64,000 nucleotides of DNA. Origin: Macrostomum lignano (taxonomy: Eukaryota). The DNA lies in the NCBI GenBank assembly GCA_002269645.1, contig NIVC01002950.1, positions 1 to 64,000 on the forward strand, in the 5' to 3' direction. Positions 33,854-46,249 of this stretch are shown piece by piece; the first letter of the stretch is position 1; every line of letters begins with the position of its first letter. Under the pieces are notes generated by a model. The model made no database searches. It was not told where the DNA came from and worked only from the letters and a program-made list of their open reading frames with translations. Position numbers and translations under genes: made by a program.

Positions 33854-34436
33854 GTGTTCTCCGGCAATCCGCACTTCACTCGCCTACTAAAAGAGCAAGT
33901 CTGCCCGTTAATTATTCGCCTGTTTGGGCCAACACACAAGCACTCGCAGGCTGCTAATAGTGCTTTGTCATCGACCGGAATCTCGTCTGGCGGCGGTGCC
34001 TCGTCCTACCCGGCGCCGCCGGCGGCTCCTATCGGCGATTTGCCGCCAACTGCTGCATCGATGGCTTCGTCAGTGTCGACGCAAGCGTCGGCTAATTTTG
34101 CTATTCACGTCCGACTGCACAGGCTGGTGGGAGTGCTGCTGAATTCTTACTTTGGTCTGGTCAGCACAGAGTGCGAGATTTTCCTCACGCTACTGATTCG
34201 TTTAGTAGACTCGGATAAATGGCCCTGGCAACGAATTCTAGCCTTGGAAGTGCTGCACAAGCTGGTGCAACGGCCTGGCTTGGTGGCCGCAATCTGTTGC
34301 GCCTACGATATGAAACGGCACGCGTCGAAAATCTTTGCCGTCCTAGTCGGCGCTCTGGCTGGCTACGTTCAGGGCGTGTTCACCGCGCCCAGGGAGGTTG
34401 GCGTTGGCGCTGCGGGCTCGTCTGGTTCTGCCGCTA
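33854..34436 (+). CDS. MON2: MON2 coding exon 3
   Basis: CGCAG|GTG VFSGNPHFTRLLKEQVCPLIIRLF...TECEIFLTLLIRLVDSDKWPWQRILALE...YDMKRHASKIF; donor A|GTGAGT (phase 1). Confidence 0.95.
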
Positions 34437-34467
34437 GTGAGTGCTTAGCGGCTGTCGGTTGAGCTCT

Positions 34468-34925
34468 TCTGGCTACCCTCCTGGCTACCCTCCTCGCTAC
34501 CCTCCTGTCTACCCTCCTGGCTACCCTCCTGGCTACCCTCCTGGCTACCCTCCTGGCTACCCTTCTGGCTACCCTCCTGGCTACCCTCCTGGCTACCCTT
34601 CTGGCTACCCTTTTAACTACCCTCCTGGCTACCTTTTAGCTACCCTCTTGGCTACCCTCCTGGCTACCCTCCTTGCTACCCGATCTTTGCTACCCTCCTG
34701 GCTACCCTCCTGCCTACCCTCCAGGCTACCTTCCTGGCTACCCTCCTGGCTACCTTTTAGCTACCCTCTTGGCTACCCTCCTGGCTACCCTCCTGCCTAC
34801 CCTCCAGGCTACCTTCCTGGCTACCTTCCTGGCTACCCTCCTATCTAACCTCCTCGCTACCCTCCCGGCTACCCTCCTGGCTACCCTCCTTGCTGCTCTC
34901 CTTGCTACCCGACCTCTTCTACCCT
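34468..34925. repeat. 12-bp minisatellite (CTCCTGGCTACC), MON2 intron 3
   Basis: Tandem units; the array explains the GYPP/LLAT ORFs. Confidence 0.92.
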
Positions 34926-35062
34926 CAGACTCTTACTTTTAACCTTTAAGAATGATTGTCTTTCTTTTTGAAACTTACGCAATTAATCAGTACTCGTAAA
35001 AAACAAAATGCTTTCTTTGCTACTGACATAGTAGTCTAAGTATATTTTTTATCAATTTTCAG

Positions 35063-35183
35063 TGAAAGAGCAACCGCCTGCTATGTTAGGCGGCATGCAA
35101 GTCGGTCCGGGCAGCAGTCCAAGCCCTTGCTTTGTGTACAAGGGCTTGATTGTGCCGCTTCACACCAGTCCCAAGGCTGTGTA
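35063..35183 (+). CDS. MON2: MON2 coding exon 4
   Basis: TTTCAG|TG ...PSPCFVYKGLIVPLHTSPKAV-TA|GTAAGT corresponds to MON2 PAFEYRG.WIP....AKATY; phase 1/2 fits both neighbours. Confidence 0.88.
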
Positions 35184-35343
35184 GTAAGTGTCTGTTCATT
35201 CTTAGTATTGCTACTATACAAATCTTTACATTTGCTAGGATTCCCGGAAGGTATTTTTTGCTACGATCTCGCTGGGGAAAGAAATCGGATTTCAACACAA
35301 TCCCCGAAAAAAAGATTTTCCTGCCGCAGGGGATTTTTTTTAA

Positions 35344-35885
35344 AAACCTCATTCACTGCTTAGAGCATACTAAATGCGTTGGCGGAATTTGTCTATGGCG
35401 AAACCTCATTCACTGCTTAGAGCATACTAAATGCGTTGGCGGAATTTGTCTATGGCGAAACCTCATTCACTGCTTAGAGCATACTAAATGCGTTGGCGGA
35501 ATTTGTCTATGGCGAAACCTCATTCACTGCTTAGAGCATACTAAATGCGTTAGCGAAATTTGTCTATGGCGAAACCTCATTCACTGCTTAGAGCATACTA
35601 AATGCGTTGGCGGAATTTGTCTATGGCGAAACCTCATTCACTGCTTAGAGCATACTAAATGCGTTGGCGGAATCTGTCTATGGCGAAACCTCATTCACTG
35701 CTTAGAGCATACTAAATGCGTTGGCGAAATTTGTCTATGGCGAAACCTCATTCACTGCTTAGAGCATACTAAATGCGCTGGCGGAATTTGTCTATGGCGA
35801 AACCTCATTCACTGCTTAGAGCATACTAAATGCGTTGGCGAAATTTGTCTATGGCCTCATTTAGTGCTTAGAGCATACTAAATGC
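35344..35885. repeat. 57-bp tandem repeat x~9, MON2 intron 4
   Basis: AAACCTCATTCACTGCTTAGAGCATACTAAATGCGTTGGCGGAATTTGTCTATGGCG repeated head to tail with no spacers. Confidence 0.95.
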
Positions 35886-36039
35886 GCCAGCAATACGTAA
35901 AACATGCGCTCCTTACTTCAGTGGTCATGGTAATCGTTTCATGAAATGCTACGAGCGTACTAGAGACCGGGGCAAGAAGTCAAAGTTCAGGCAAAATTCC
36001 AATTATTCATATCTTCGTAACTTGAAAACGTTGCCGTCA

Positions 36040-36565
36040 CAAGAATCGCTAAAGTCACTAGAGTTAACCACTCACTAGTGACTCTAGCGACTCAGGGACG
36101 ACACTTTTTGACTTTTTACCGACTGAAACGACTGAGAGGCGACTGTTGATTCACGTCACGCATCAAGTGAGTTGTACGAAGAGTTGCAAAAAGTAGTTTA
36201 AGAGTCGTTGTCTTAGCGCTCAATTTTCCACTAACTCAAGTGGACTGAATAGAGTTTTTTAAATGCAAAATTCGATTAAAATTCATAAATTGACGATTTA
36301 GACGCAGTTCTACAGCGACTAGAGCACGCCTCTCAAATACGACTCTACGACGCCAGAGTCACTACAGAGTCTCAGACAATAAAACGCCTCAAAGTGACTC
36401 TTCGGCGACTCTTTGACGACTTGTTTGCAACTTGTACCGTGACATCTTATCGTTTTAGAGTCGTCTAGAGTCAGCTTCAATTCTATTTTAGCCGTGTTAC
36501 CTAAAACAAATTTGAAACGATACTGAAGCTCTTCTAGGCCTGGGTAACTGTTTTCATCGGGCGGC
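36040..36565 (+). mobile_element. Dispersed GAGTC/GACTC-rich repeat, copy A
   Basis: Colinear and diverged relative to 37680-38183 (e.g. GGCGACTCTTTGACGACTTGTTTG, TCGTTTTAGAGTCGTCTAGAGTCA, GTTTTCA.CGGG/GTGGG end). Confidence 0.7.
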
Positions 36566-36809
36566 TCTTTCTACGGAAAAAAACCATAAATCTTCAAAAA
36601 ATCGTTTTAGATGAAAAAACGTATTTTTAAAGTGAAGTGAATGGAAACAACAGTAATGAGATTAACGAAATATAGTTTTTATAATAATTTTGGTATCTTC
36701 CATTTATTTATATAGCTGTTACTCCGTATGTCTTCTAGTGCGTATCTGTACAGAGAAACTAAAGCAATAACTATGAGGAGTATCATAAATTATAAATAAA
36801 AACCTCATA

Positions 36810-37451
36810 CTACAGCTCGTCCATCTGTCTGTAAATCTGTTTTAACTGTTGGACATTGTCTCTCAGCAATTCGGCATTCACTTTCCAATTGGCTGTCTTG
36901 TGTGGCATGGCGTGCATTGAGGCCATCCTGCCCGAAGCGGTAGCCGTTACTAGCATGTCTCTTAGTTGTGTCAGCGCTTTATGCGCCCCGGATAATTGCT
37001 TGTTGAAGCCCGCCATTATTGGTATCGATCGGTGTCGATTATTTGTTCGCTCGTCCTCTTCAGCATCCTCATTGGCGTCTAAGTGCTCTTGATCCAGATA
37101 GGTTGCCAGATCCTTTAGCATGGCGTCTAAGCGTTCGAGGCTGGCTTCGGCTTCCCTCTCCCGGCCCCAAGTGTCATCGTCTTCGTCGGGCTCTTTGCCA
37201 ATGTCGGCATCGTTCAAGTAGCTTCTTTTACTTCTTCGGTTGATTTTTTCTTCCATGAATCGTAGATTAATTCCCGCTTGAATGATATCACCCTGCGGAC
37301 CGTCGTTCAGGTGATCCAGTAGTTCTGTCAGGCTTTCAAAGTTGGGTAAATCTTCTTCTATGGTGAAGAAATCTATTGTTGAGGAATCCTTTTTGGTATT
37401 GTCCGTGGATCGACGCTGCCGATTGTGATGCTCTTTGGCGCGCGACTGGTA
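36810..37451 (-). CDS. Nested antisense secreted multibasic precursor-like protein, exon 2 (stop at 36810)
   Basis: Acceptor TTAACTGTACAG|TAC on the minus strand; 213-codon frame with RQRR, RRSKR and acidic/helical segments; AATAAA on the minus strand at 36708-36703. Confidence 0.78.
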   Translation of the reverse strand, partial: YQSRAKEHHNRQRRSTDNTKKDSSTIDFFTIEEDLPNFESLTELLDHLNDGPQGDIIQAGINLRFMEEKINRRSKRSYLNDADIGKEPDEDDDTWGREREAEASLERLDAMLKDLATYLDQEHLDANEDAEEDERTNNRHRSIPIMAGFNKQLSGAHKALTQLRDMLVTATASGRMASMHAMPHKTANWKVNAELLRDNVQQLKQIYRQMDEL

Positions 37452-37679
37452 CTGTACAGTTAAAGAGATAACGCGGAATCGTCTGATAAACGCATATTGA
37501 ATATTGTTATTCTCAGATGTATGCGACTTTTCCAAGGGAATATGCAAATACAATAACACTTTAATCGAATGACTTAAAGGCAAGGTGGCCGGAGTGACGG
37601 CTAAGGCCGGTTCACATTACATTCAGTAACTCCGCGGGTCATACCCGTTAATAACGTTACCATTACATTACGATACATT

Positions 37680-38183
37680 TTAACGACTCAACGACTGTAA
37701 TGCGACGAATAGGAGACGACTGTTGAGTCACTAACACATCACGTGAGCTGCAGAATCGTAAGAGTCGCGAAAAAGTCGCTCAGGAATCGTTGTGGTAGCG
37801 CTTAACTTTATACTAACCTTAAGTATACTAAATAGTGTTGTTATGAATGCGAAATGCGATTATAATTCATAAAGTGACACAGATGTACTTTAAACGCAAC
37901 TCAGTAATTCTACAGTGCCTCTAGAACGCCTCAGCTACGACTCTACGGTCCCAGAGTCACTATAGAAGCGTCACTTGCGTCGTTTCAGAGTCGCAGACAA
38001 TAAAACGATTAAAATTGACTTTTAGGCGACTCTTTGACGACTTGTTTGGCGACTTGTACCAGGACATCTCGTCGTTTTAGAGTCGTCTAGAGTCAACTTC
38101 TTTCCTATTTTACTTGTGTTACCAGCAAAAAAAATTGAAACAAATCTGGGACGCTTCTTAGCCTAAATACCGTTTTCAGTGGG
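37680..38183 (+). mobile_element. Dispersed GAGTC/GACTC-rich repeat, copy B (within nested gene intron)
   Basis: Colinear with 36040-36565; preceded by the Harbinger-like end TAA|GGCCGGTTCACA near 37604. Confidence 0.65.
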
Positions 38184-38586
38184 AAAGAAGATTGCTCAAA
38201 TCAATGTTAAAATAGGTCTAAAGGAACTTTACATACCTTTAAGTAATGTTTGACCTGCAAAGCTATTATCGGTAATGTGACAACAACATACATAGCAAGG
38301 GTAATTTTGCTGCAAATCCGAGGTCTGTTTACTGCAGTGGTGGCATGTACTGTCGCAACTCCTGCCATCAGCACAGCTCCGATGTGCTGCCCTTTTACAT
38401 CAGGGTTGAACTGCATAGCTCAGCTTATGTCTTTTGTTCAATGTGGCTGCCTTGAAGAGTAAAAGTAGCCTATTAGCTGTGTACTAACCACGACCAACTC
38501 TGCTGAACTTGCTCTTAGCATGTTAAGGACAAATTAAGAGATACACAATTCAAATAAAAATACTAAATGGTGAAATAGTACATCAC

Positions 38587-39093
38587 CTGTCTCAGCTCCT
38601 CCATGTGATCCAGCAAATAGCCAGAACCGTCAAACAGATCTGCGTATCGTCTCGATCGTTTGATTCGCTCGCCGTGTTGACTGGCGAATTCGCGCATTAG
38701 GTCAGACTTTATTCCGGCTATATGCTTGTCTTGCTTGGCTTTGTCATGGTTGGCCTTGTTTTTTTGATGCCTCCTTTTTGATGCTCTCCGATTTGTCTGC
38801 CTTTTGCTGGTAAATCCGCCGATTTTCTCGTTCGACTTGATACTTTCGGTAAAATTTTCTGCACTTTTCCGTAGCTGCAATAAATCGCTGTTTGGTACAG
38901 CTGAAGCTGGTGTAGTCCAAAACCAAGTGATATTGTATACCTGTCGGCTATAGCGGCTTTGTTTACCAACGGAGGCTTCAAATGTTTTAGACTGGTCGTC
39001 ATGGTGTTGACATCTTGCTGATTGTACTAGCACCAGCAATATTAACAGCAGTGGCGGCAGCAAAAGCGATCGCGTCAACTTTTTTGTCGGCAT
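38587..39093 (-). CDS. Nested antisense secreted multibasic precursor-like protein, exon 1
   Basis: ATG at 39093; signal peptide MPTKKLTRSLLLPPLLLILLVLVQSARC; RYSR, SKRR, RIKRSRR; donor CAG|GTGATG at 38586 (phase 0) joins in frame to exon 2, giving 382 aa. Confidence 0.8.
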
Positions 39094-40758
39094 TCCGACA
39101 CTCGTGTAGAATGATTCGTTTAGTTTTGTTTCTCTGCTTAAAAAAGCAATTTTGTCAACGCAGTAAGGTCTTATAATTCTGGTGTGTTGATGCGTTTTGC
39201 GGCTCGACTTCAACCGGATTTGTAAGGTCTCTAACAGACAGGCTTTGCAAGATAAATTGCTTTAGCCTGCGCGTGTTTTAACCTCAGTTGAATTGCACTT
39301 TAGTCCAACCACTGTCGATATCTCTATGGTCAAAAGATCGACAAATGATTTAGTGTCAAGCGTGGAAATCGTGTTTGTTAGTAAAATTTATATAATTCTA
39401 GATCTAGTCTCAGAATTAAATACGCATTAAGTAATAGCTAGAAGATGGAACACCAGATCACCTGTTTTTGTTGTCTTTATTGTTGCTTTATTGAAAAATG
39501 ACCAGATAAAATGCGACACTATATGTCGTAAATCAGATCATAAGCAAAGTCCCATTATGCTCGTAGTTTGTGAATGAAAAACAGATGTGTTGCTCTTCTC
39601 AAACAAGAAAGCTTCACAAATAAAGATCTAAGATCTTGTTTCTTTGACGCCTGACCCTCGTAGTGATTTAGTGCTGCGTATAGCTCGTAATAAACCTATA
39701 TTCCTTATGAGTGTACAACGCTCTATTAAAAAACTACAAACACATGTAAGTCGAAACATTCAAAGGTGTACTTTCATCACCAAAATAGTTATACTAAATA
39801 GCCTGCGGATTCGAGAACGTCAAGAAAATTTCAAATGAAAAGTCACTGTCTAATAGTATAACCTCAGACAGTAGCTAGTCCAAAATGACTGTCTGTAGCA
39901 TGAAACGCCAATCTAAATAATTCAGTTACAAATGTCCAAATTTAGGGTCTGCTAGTTGTCAAAGCTGTGCAATAAGCGCCAGATTTTACATGTAGCAAAA
40001 TGCATTTCCAATCGTACTGTCATTCCGTTGCTGCTCAAACAGATGGTGTGGAAACGAATTGCATCAGTCAACGTCTGTCAAGCACTTTTTATTCTCAAAG
40101 TCAATTCAGAATGGAATAAACATATTGGAAAATAATGCTAGAACACTTTTGTAAACAGCATTTACAAGCCAGACCTTTTCAATTGGTCATTTTCAATAAA
40201 ACAGCTATTTTTATCCGAGAGTGAACTCAAGTTCAGAATCTTCGCATCACTGATGTAACTATCAAAGCATCGGAATAGCAAGGTCTTTGAAACAATCCAA
40301 TACTTCCTTTCGTTTCTAAGACTGTCTCATTAATTTTGAAAAAATCATCTAGTTGCTAGGTATTAAAATATTTCAATATTTCCTTTCATTGTATTCATTT
40401 TGACTTTGTTTACGAGTTATTTTCTTCATTGACCATTGACGGCCTTCGCTTTAAGCTCTTATTGACTGACCATCTGCCGATATAATTAGAACTGATGGCG
40501 CATGACTTGGATTAAAAAAATAGGATTTCTAGTTAGCTGTACTTTACTTTTTTTTTTCTTTTACAGTCAAAATATTTCTAGCATAGCGCTATTGAATTCA
40601 GATAAAAAATTAATTTCTGAATTCAATTTTAGTCAGTTAAAACTGTCAGTTCAACAAATCTACTAGAGCGAGTTTGATCAACTGCGATCTAACATTCCAG
40701 CGAAGTTAAGCAGTTGCTAAGCAACTCTGTTTCCCACCCCATTTCGCCCTTCAAACAG

Positions 40759-41055
40759 CCTGGACATGCTGGACAAACAGGAGCCGCCGCCCCCGCCAGA
40801 AGGCCAGGCCCTGTCGCTGGCGTTCTACACCTTAGTGGAGGTGATTCGCTCCGTCCAAGCCATCCTTGAGGATCGCTGCCAGCCGCCCAGCATGTGCGAG
40901 AGTCTCCTGCCGCCTCCCGCGGGCTCAGCCAACTCCGACCAATCCACCACAGACAGCGGCGCAGGTGATGGGAGACGCGAGCAGCTGCACAATACTCTGG
41001 TGTCCTCTCTGTGGTGCGCCGCGCTTGCCGCCCTGTCTCTGCTGCTGGAGACCAG
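40759..41055 (+). CDS. MON2: MON2 coding exon 5
   Basis: AAACAG|C completes TAC: YLDMLDKQEPPPPPEGQALSLAF...LWCAALAALSLLLET; donor AG|GTTAGG (phase 2). Confidence 0.95.
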
Positions 41056-41074
41056 GTTAGGCTCTTGATGGTTG

Positions 41075-41152
41075 GTTTGTCTGTGTCTGTCTGTCTGTCT
41101 GTCCGTCTGTCTGTCCGTCTGTCTGTCTGTCTGTCTGTCCGTCTGTCTGTCC

Positions 41153-41230
<78 letters not shown>

Positions 41231-41267
41231 CTGTCCGTCTGTCTGTCCGTCTGTCTGTCTGTCTGTC

Positions 41268-41302
<35 letters not shown>

Positions 41303-41311
41303 CTGTCTGTG

Positions 41312-41371
<60 letters not shown>

Positions 41372-41372
41372 C
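41075..41372. repeat. (GTCY)n tetranucleotide microsatellite
   Basis: CTGT/CCGT tandem run. Confidence 0.97.
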
Positions 41373-42269
41373 ATATCGTAAGTCCCGTTTATTCTCTTTG
41401 CGTGTCTGTCTTTTTGGCCTCGCTTTCCTGTAGGTTGCATTTTGTCCAAAAAATTCATCTGCCAGTATTTGACCACCTCGGGTTATTATACAAAATTGTT
41501 TTGCTTCCTTCTGTTGGAATTTTCACCCTCTTGCCACGACGCGATGAGGTCACACCTTGTTCTGATGGGGTACTTTAAGGATGAAGCCGTAACTTCCAGC
41601 CTCTCGTTTGCACTGATTAGCACGCTTAGCGAAATTACGCGTGCTAACCTCTTTCCTAGAAACTGTTTCTTAGCGCATGCTGCACTTACTGCCTGGCGCG
41701 TGCGTTTTCCTCCTATAAACAGGCCCGTTTCATCTTTGTTTTTTATTCTTAGTTCAACTTTTTTCGGCCTAGGCTTGTGATTTAGGGCTTCTGCTTTTAT
41801 GCTTTAACATTTTACTGTTTTTTACTTGCCGGGTGAAATCCATTTTAGCCTGAAGGTAGTTTGAAGACAAGAAATTATTTGACGGAAAGGTTGACCAGGT
41901 AAATACGTTTCTCGTCTATATCAATTGCTTAGAAGAATATCAGTCTTATTTTCCGTCTGAGTCCATATTTTGCGTCCCTGCCCGGCTGAAGTGCTCCGTT
42001 GTTTGTCCTTTAATCAATGGCCCCGTCGTTGTTACACCTGCTTCTTGTGCCAGGTGATGAGTTGAGCACTATAGTTTTGCGACAGGAATGTTTTGTTGCT
42101 TCGATTGGATCTGTGCTACTTATTTCTTAACCTTTACTTTCTGGATTCCCGTGCCATAACTTACTGCGTCGGGATTTGTACAGTATGGATTGCAGTGCGG
42201 ACACACTTTGATCGATAGGTGCAACTTTTTTAATCAATACCCATGTGTTTGCCTGAGTTCTGGCTTTCG

Positions 42270-42820
<551 letters not shown>

Positions 42821-43984
42821 GCTTCCGTCAGACTAAAAGAAACAAAATCAGATGCAGGAAAAAGGCAATTTAAGACTTCATTTCGCCGGAGACAGGCAGA
42901 CACTCGATCGTTTTGCCCATGGCTGTCCTCATTCGGAATTTCTATCCTCTCTCAAATAGTGGAAGATGATGACCGCGTGGTTGGGAAGTGAAATCCGACC
43001 TACCTTCCCCCCGACTAGGCCCCTCCGCTGTCGAAGTCTATCTCCGCAGGCCCATTGCTCTCGCACGCTGATGCTAGTTTTGTTATCGCTTCCGCTGTTG
43101 CACTGGGCTAGGGTTACCGCTTGATTAGTGATGGCGTGCTCCGCTACCGTAACTGTAATATTACTAACATTATAGCCTACTATAGATTACTTATTGTACT
43201 TCTTAACTGTACTTGCCACTGCCGGTCTCGGTTTTATTTGTGAGAATGAGGCGGCCCTCTCAATCTGCAGACTCTTACTATCCGTATAGCTATAGTTATT
43301 CGTGCGCGTGTCTCTCCTCCCCTCTTTGGGAGTTTCTGCTATCGATCTACAGGGCTGCCTGTTTTTCGCCCACTCTCTCTCTCTCTCATTCTTCCACCGT
43401 CCTGCTTCTCCCCGCAGGCAAAAGTTGTTTTCGATTCTGTGTGCTTCTTTATTTTCCGCGGCGCCATTGGAATCTATAATTAAAATATTGTGACGAGCAT
43501 GTAGCTGGAAGGCGCAAGTTTTGAGGGAAATGAGGGTGGGCGGGGGGAGGGGTGAAGATGTTCAGTTCTGGCCTCTGTCCGGCTCAGTAGCTTGCGTACT
43601 TTTTTAATGTTTAATCGATTCTGTTTTAGCATATTTAATTATTTTGACCCAATGACCCAGTGGGAGCGCTGAAATTGTTCTTTCCATGTTAGCCATCCAG
43701 ACTTTGTCATTTTTAATTAGACATGAAAGTTGTAACCTTCGAATATGTCATTTTTATCATGAAACATAGAAGATGTGTCATTTGATATGTCATGTTTGAC
43801 ATTAGATAGATATAAGATAAGGCATGATAATTTACGTGTCATTTTTAACAATAGAAATTTAGGGAGTGACATTGGAAATGTCACACCATCTACTTCCAAT
43901 TTCAGACATTCCATTTCTAAAGTCACTTTTTATTTCTAATTTATTTCTCGTAATATCACACCCTCAGTTTCTAATTTCATGAAT

Positions 43985-44325
43985 TCCATTTCTAATGCCA
44001 CACATTCCATGTCTAATGCCACACATTCCATTTCGAATGTCACACATTCCATTTCGAATGTCACACATTCCATTTCGAATGTCACACATTCCATTTCGAA
44101 TGTCACACATTCCATTTCGAATGTCACACATTCCATTTCGAATGTCACACATTCCATTCCGAATGTCACACATTCCATTTCGAATGTCACACATTCCATT
44201 TCGAATGTCACATTCCATTTCGAATGTCACACATTCCATTCCGAATGTCACACATTCCATTTCGAATGTCACACATTCCATTTCGAATGTCACACATTCC
44301 ATTCCGAATGTCACACATTCCATTA
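43985..44325. repeat. 21-bp minisatellite (CACATTCCATTTCGAATGTCA)
   Basis: Tandem units with an internal ACATTC...GAATGT inverted motif. Confidence 0.95.
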
Positions 44326-45054
44326 GAAACAAAAAACGTGACATTTTGAATGTACTGTTGGACATTTGAAGTGGTAAGTTATCTAATAAATAAAACAATT
44401 ACAATTAGTAATGACAATAAATTATGATTATAATACGCGTCTGTATTAACGAATGTATACATGCCTAGCTTTGAACCTTGAGTCGTCTGCAGCAATGCTT
44501 TTTCGTTGAACTTTGCCAAAAAGCCTTCGGGAGCTTTTAGCTAACAATATTGAGGTGAATTGGCTATAGGCTAGTTAATAAGAGTCGTACACGCTATCGG
44601 CTAGTTTTTTTAAAGGCCTCTTGCCTCTTAACTAGATTGTTCCTGATAATCTGGCCATGGTTGCTAGCACAAATTTAATATGATTTATGGCTTCCTTGAG
44701 TGCAGTAGTGCCGGTCACTAAGCGACTGAGATCTTATTAATTAACCTTTGCCTTGTCCCTATCTTATTTGAGGTGGTTTTTCTTGTGTTAAAGTCGAACA
44801 TCCGAGAACCACTATTCTGTAGTGTAAACCTCGGATTCTAGCGCTTATACTTACTGTTTTAACCTGTTCGTGCGATCAAAGACTGCGTTAATTATAATTA
44901 TTAGGTTTCATTGTGTCTGTGTAGCAATAAATATATATGCGTTATTCATAAGCAACTGGTGGGCTATTTACCATATTCATGTGGCCTCCAGAAATGTATT
45001 TCCCTAATTAGTATTAGAACTAGCTAATTCCCTTAACAACAGAGATAATTCCCT

Positions 45055-45842
45055 TAGCAACCGAACTAGCTACCCTAGCAACCGTACAATTAGCTTTAGC
45101 AACCGAACTAGCTACCCTAGCAACCGTACAATTAGCTTTAGCAACCGAACTAGCTACCCTAGCAACCGTACAATTAGCTTTAGCAACCGAACTAGCTACC
45201 CTAGCAACCGTACAATTAGCTTTAGCAACCGAACTAGCTACCCTAGCAACCGTACAATTAGTATTAGCAACCGAACTAGCTACCCTAGCAACCGTACAAT
45301 TAGCTAGCTACCCTAGCAACCGTACAATTAGCTTTAGCAACCGAACTAGCTACCCTAGCAACCGTACAATTAGCTTTAGCAACCGAACTAGCTACCCTAG
45401 CAACCGTACAATTAGCTTTAGCAAGCGAACTAGCTACCCTAGCAACCGTACAATTAGTATTAGCAACCGAACTAGCTACCCTAGCAACCGTACAATTAGC
45501 TTTAGCAACCGAACTAGCTACCCTAGCAACCGTACAATTAGCTTTAGCAAGCGAACTAGCTACCCTAGCAACCGTACAATTAGCTTTAGCAACCGAACTA
45601 GCTACCCTAGCAACCGTACAATTAGCTTTAGCAAGCGAACTAGCTACCCTAGCAACCGTACAATTAGCTTTAGCAAGCGAACTAGCTACCCTAGCAACCG
45701 TACAATTAGTATTAGCAACCGAACTAGCTACCCTAGCAACCGTACAATTAGTATTAGCAACCGAACTAGCTACCCTAGCAACCGTACAATTAGTATTAGC
45801 AACCGAACTAGCTACCCTAGCAACCCACAATTAGTATTAGCA
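45055..45842. repeat. 42-bp minisatellite built from two diverged 21-mers
   Basis: TAGCAACCGAACTAGCTACCC + TAGCAACCGTACAATTAGCTT alternate strictly. Confidence 0.95.
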
Positions 45843-46249
45843 ATCGATTATCAAACTAGATTTAATAGTTCAGCCCTCTACGAGTATATGTAATGGAAAT
45901 CGAACAATCCATTGAAATCGGCTTATAAATGAAACTTGATCTTTCTGTTGAATTTTATTCAAGCCAGTTTCTCGCTATTCTCTCCAGCTATTCACTGCAC
46001 TTAAAATATTCCGTTCCTTTAATATTTCCCAGCGAATATATTTATCCCTAAGAGGAGTTGCATTTCGCTTTCTAGATCTGTCGATCTGAGAATTCAACTG
46101 GAATTGTAAACAGATCCCGATGGAAATATTTTCACTGCTAAGTCGTTGGGGTTGTTCTGGTATTGGCTTTTTATATGATCCTTGTGTGGATGTGGCTCTT
46201 AATTCTAAGCTAAATTTTATATTGTATATCCGCATTTTCTACTTGCTAA

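Noticed and set aside
34441-34942. GYPP-repeat (proline-rich) protein
   Set aside because: It is a 12-bp intronic repeat directly after the exon 3 donor; exon 3 splices in frame to 35063.
35344-35885. CRISPR-like array or 19-aa Cys/His repeat ORF
   Set aside because: The 57-bp units are contiguous with no unique spacers, the context is a eukaryotic intron, and there are no cas genes.
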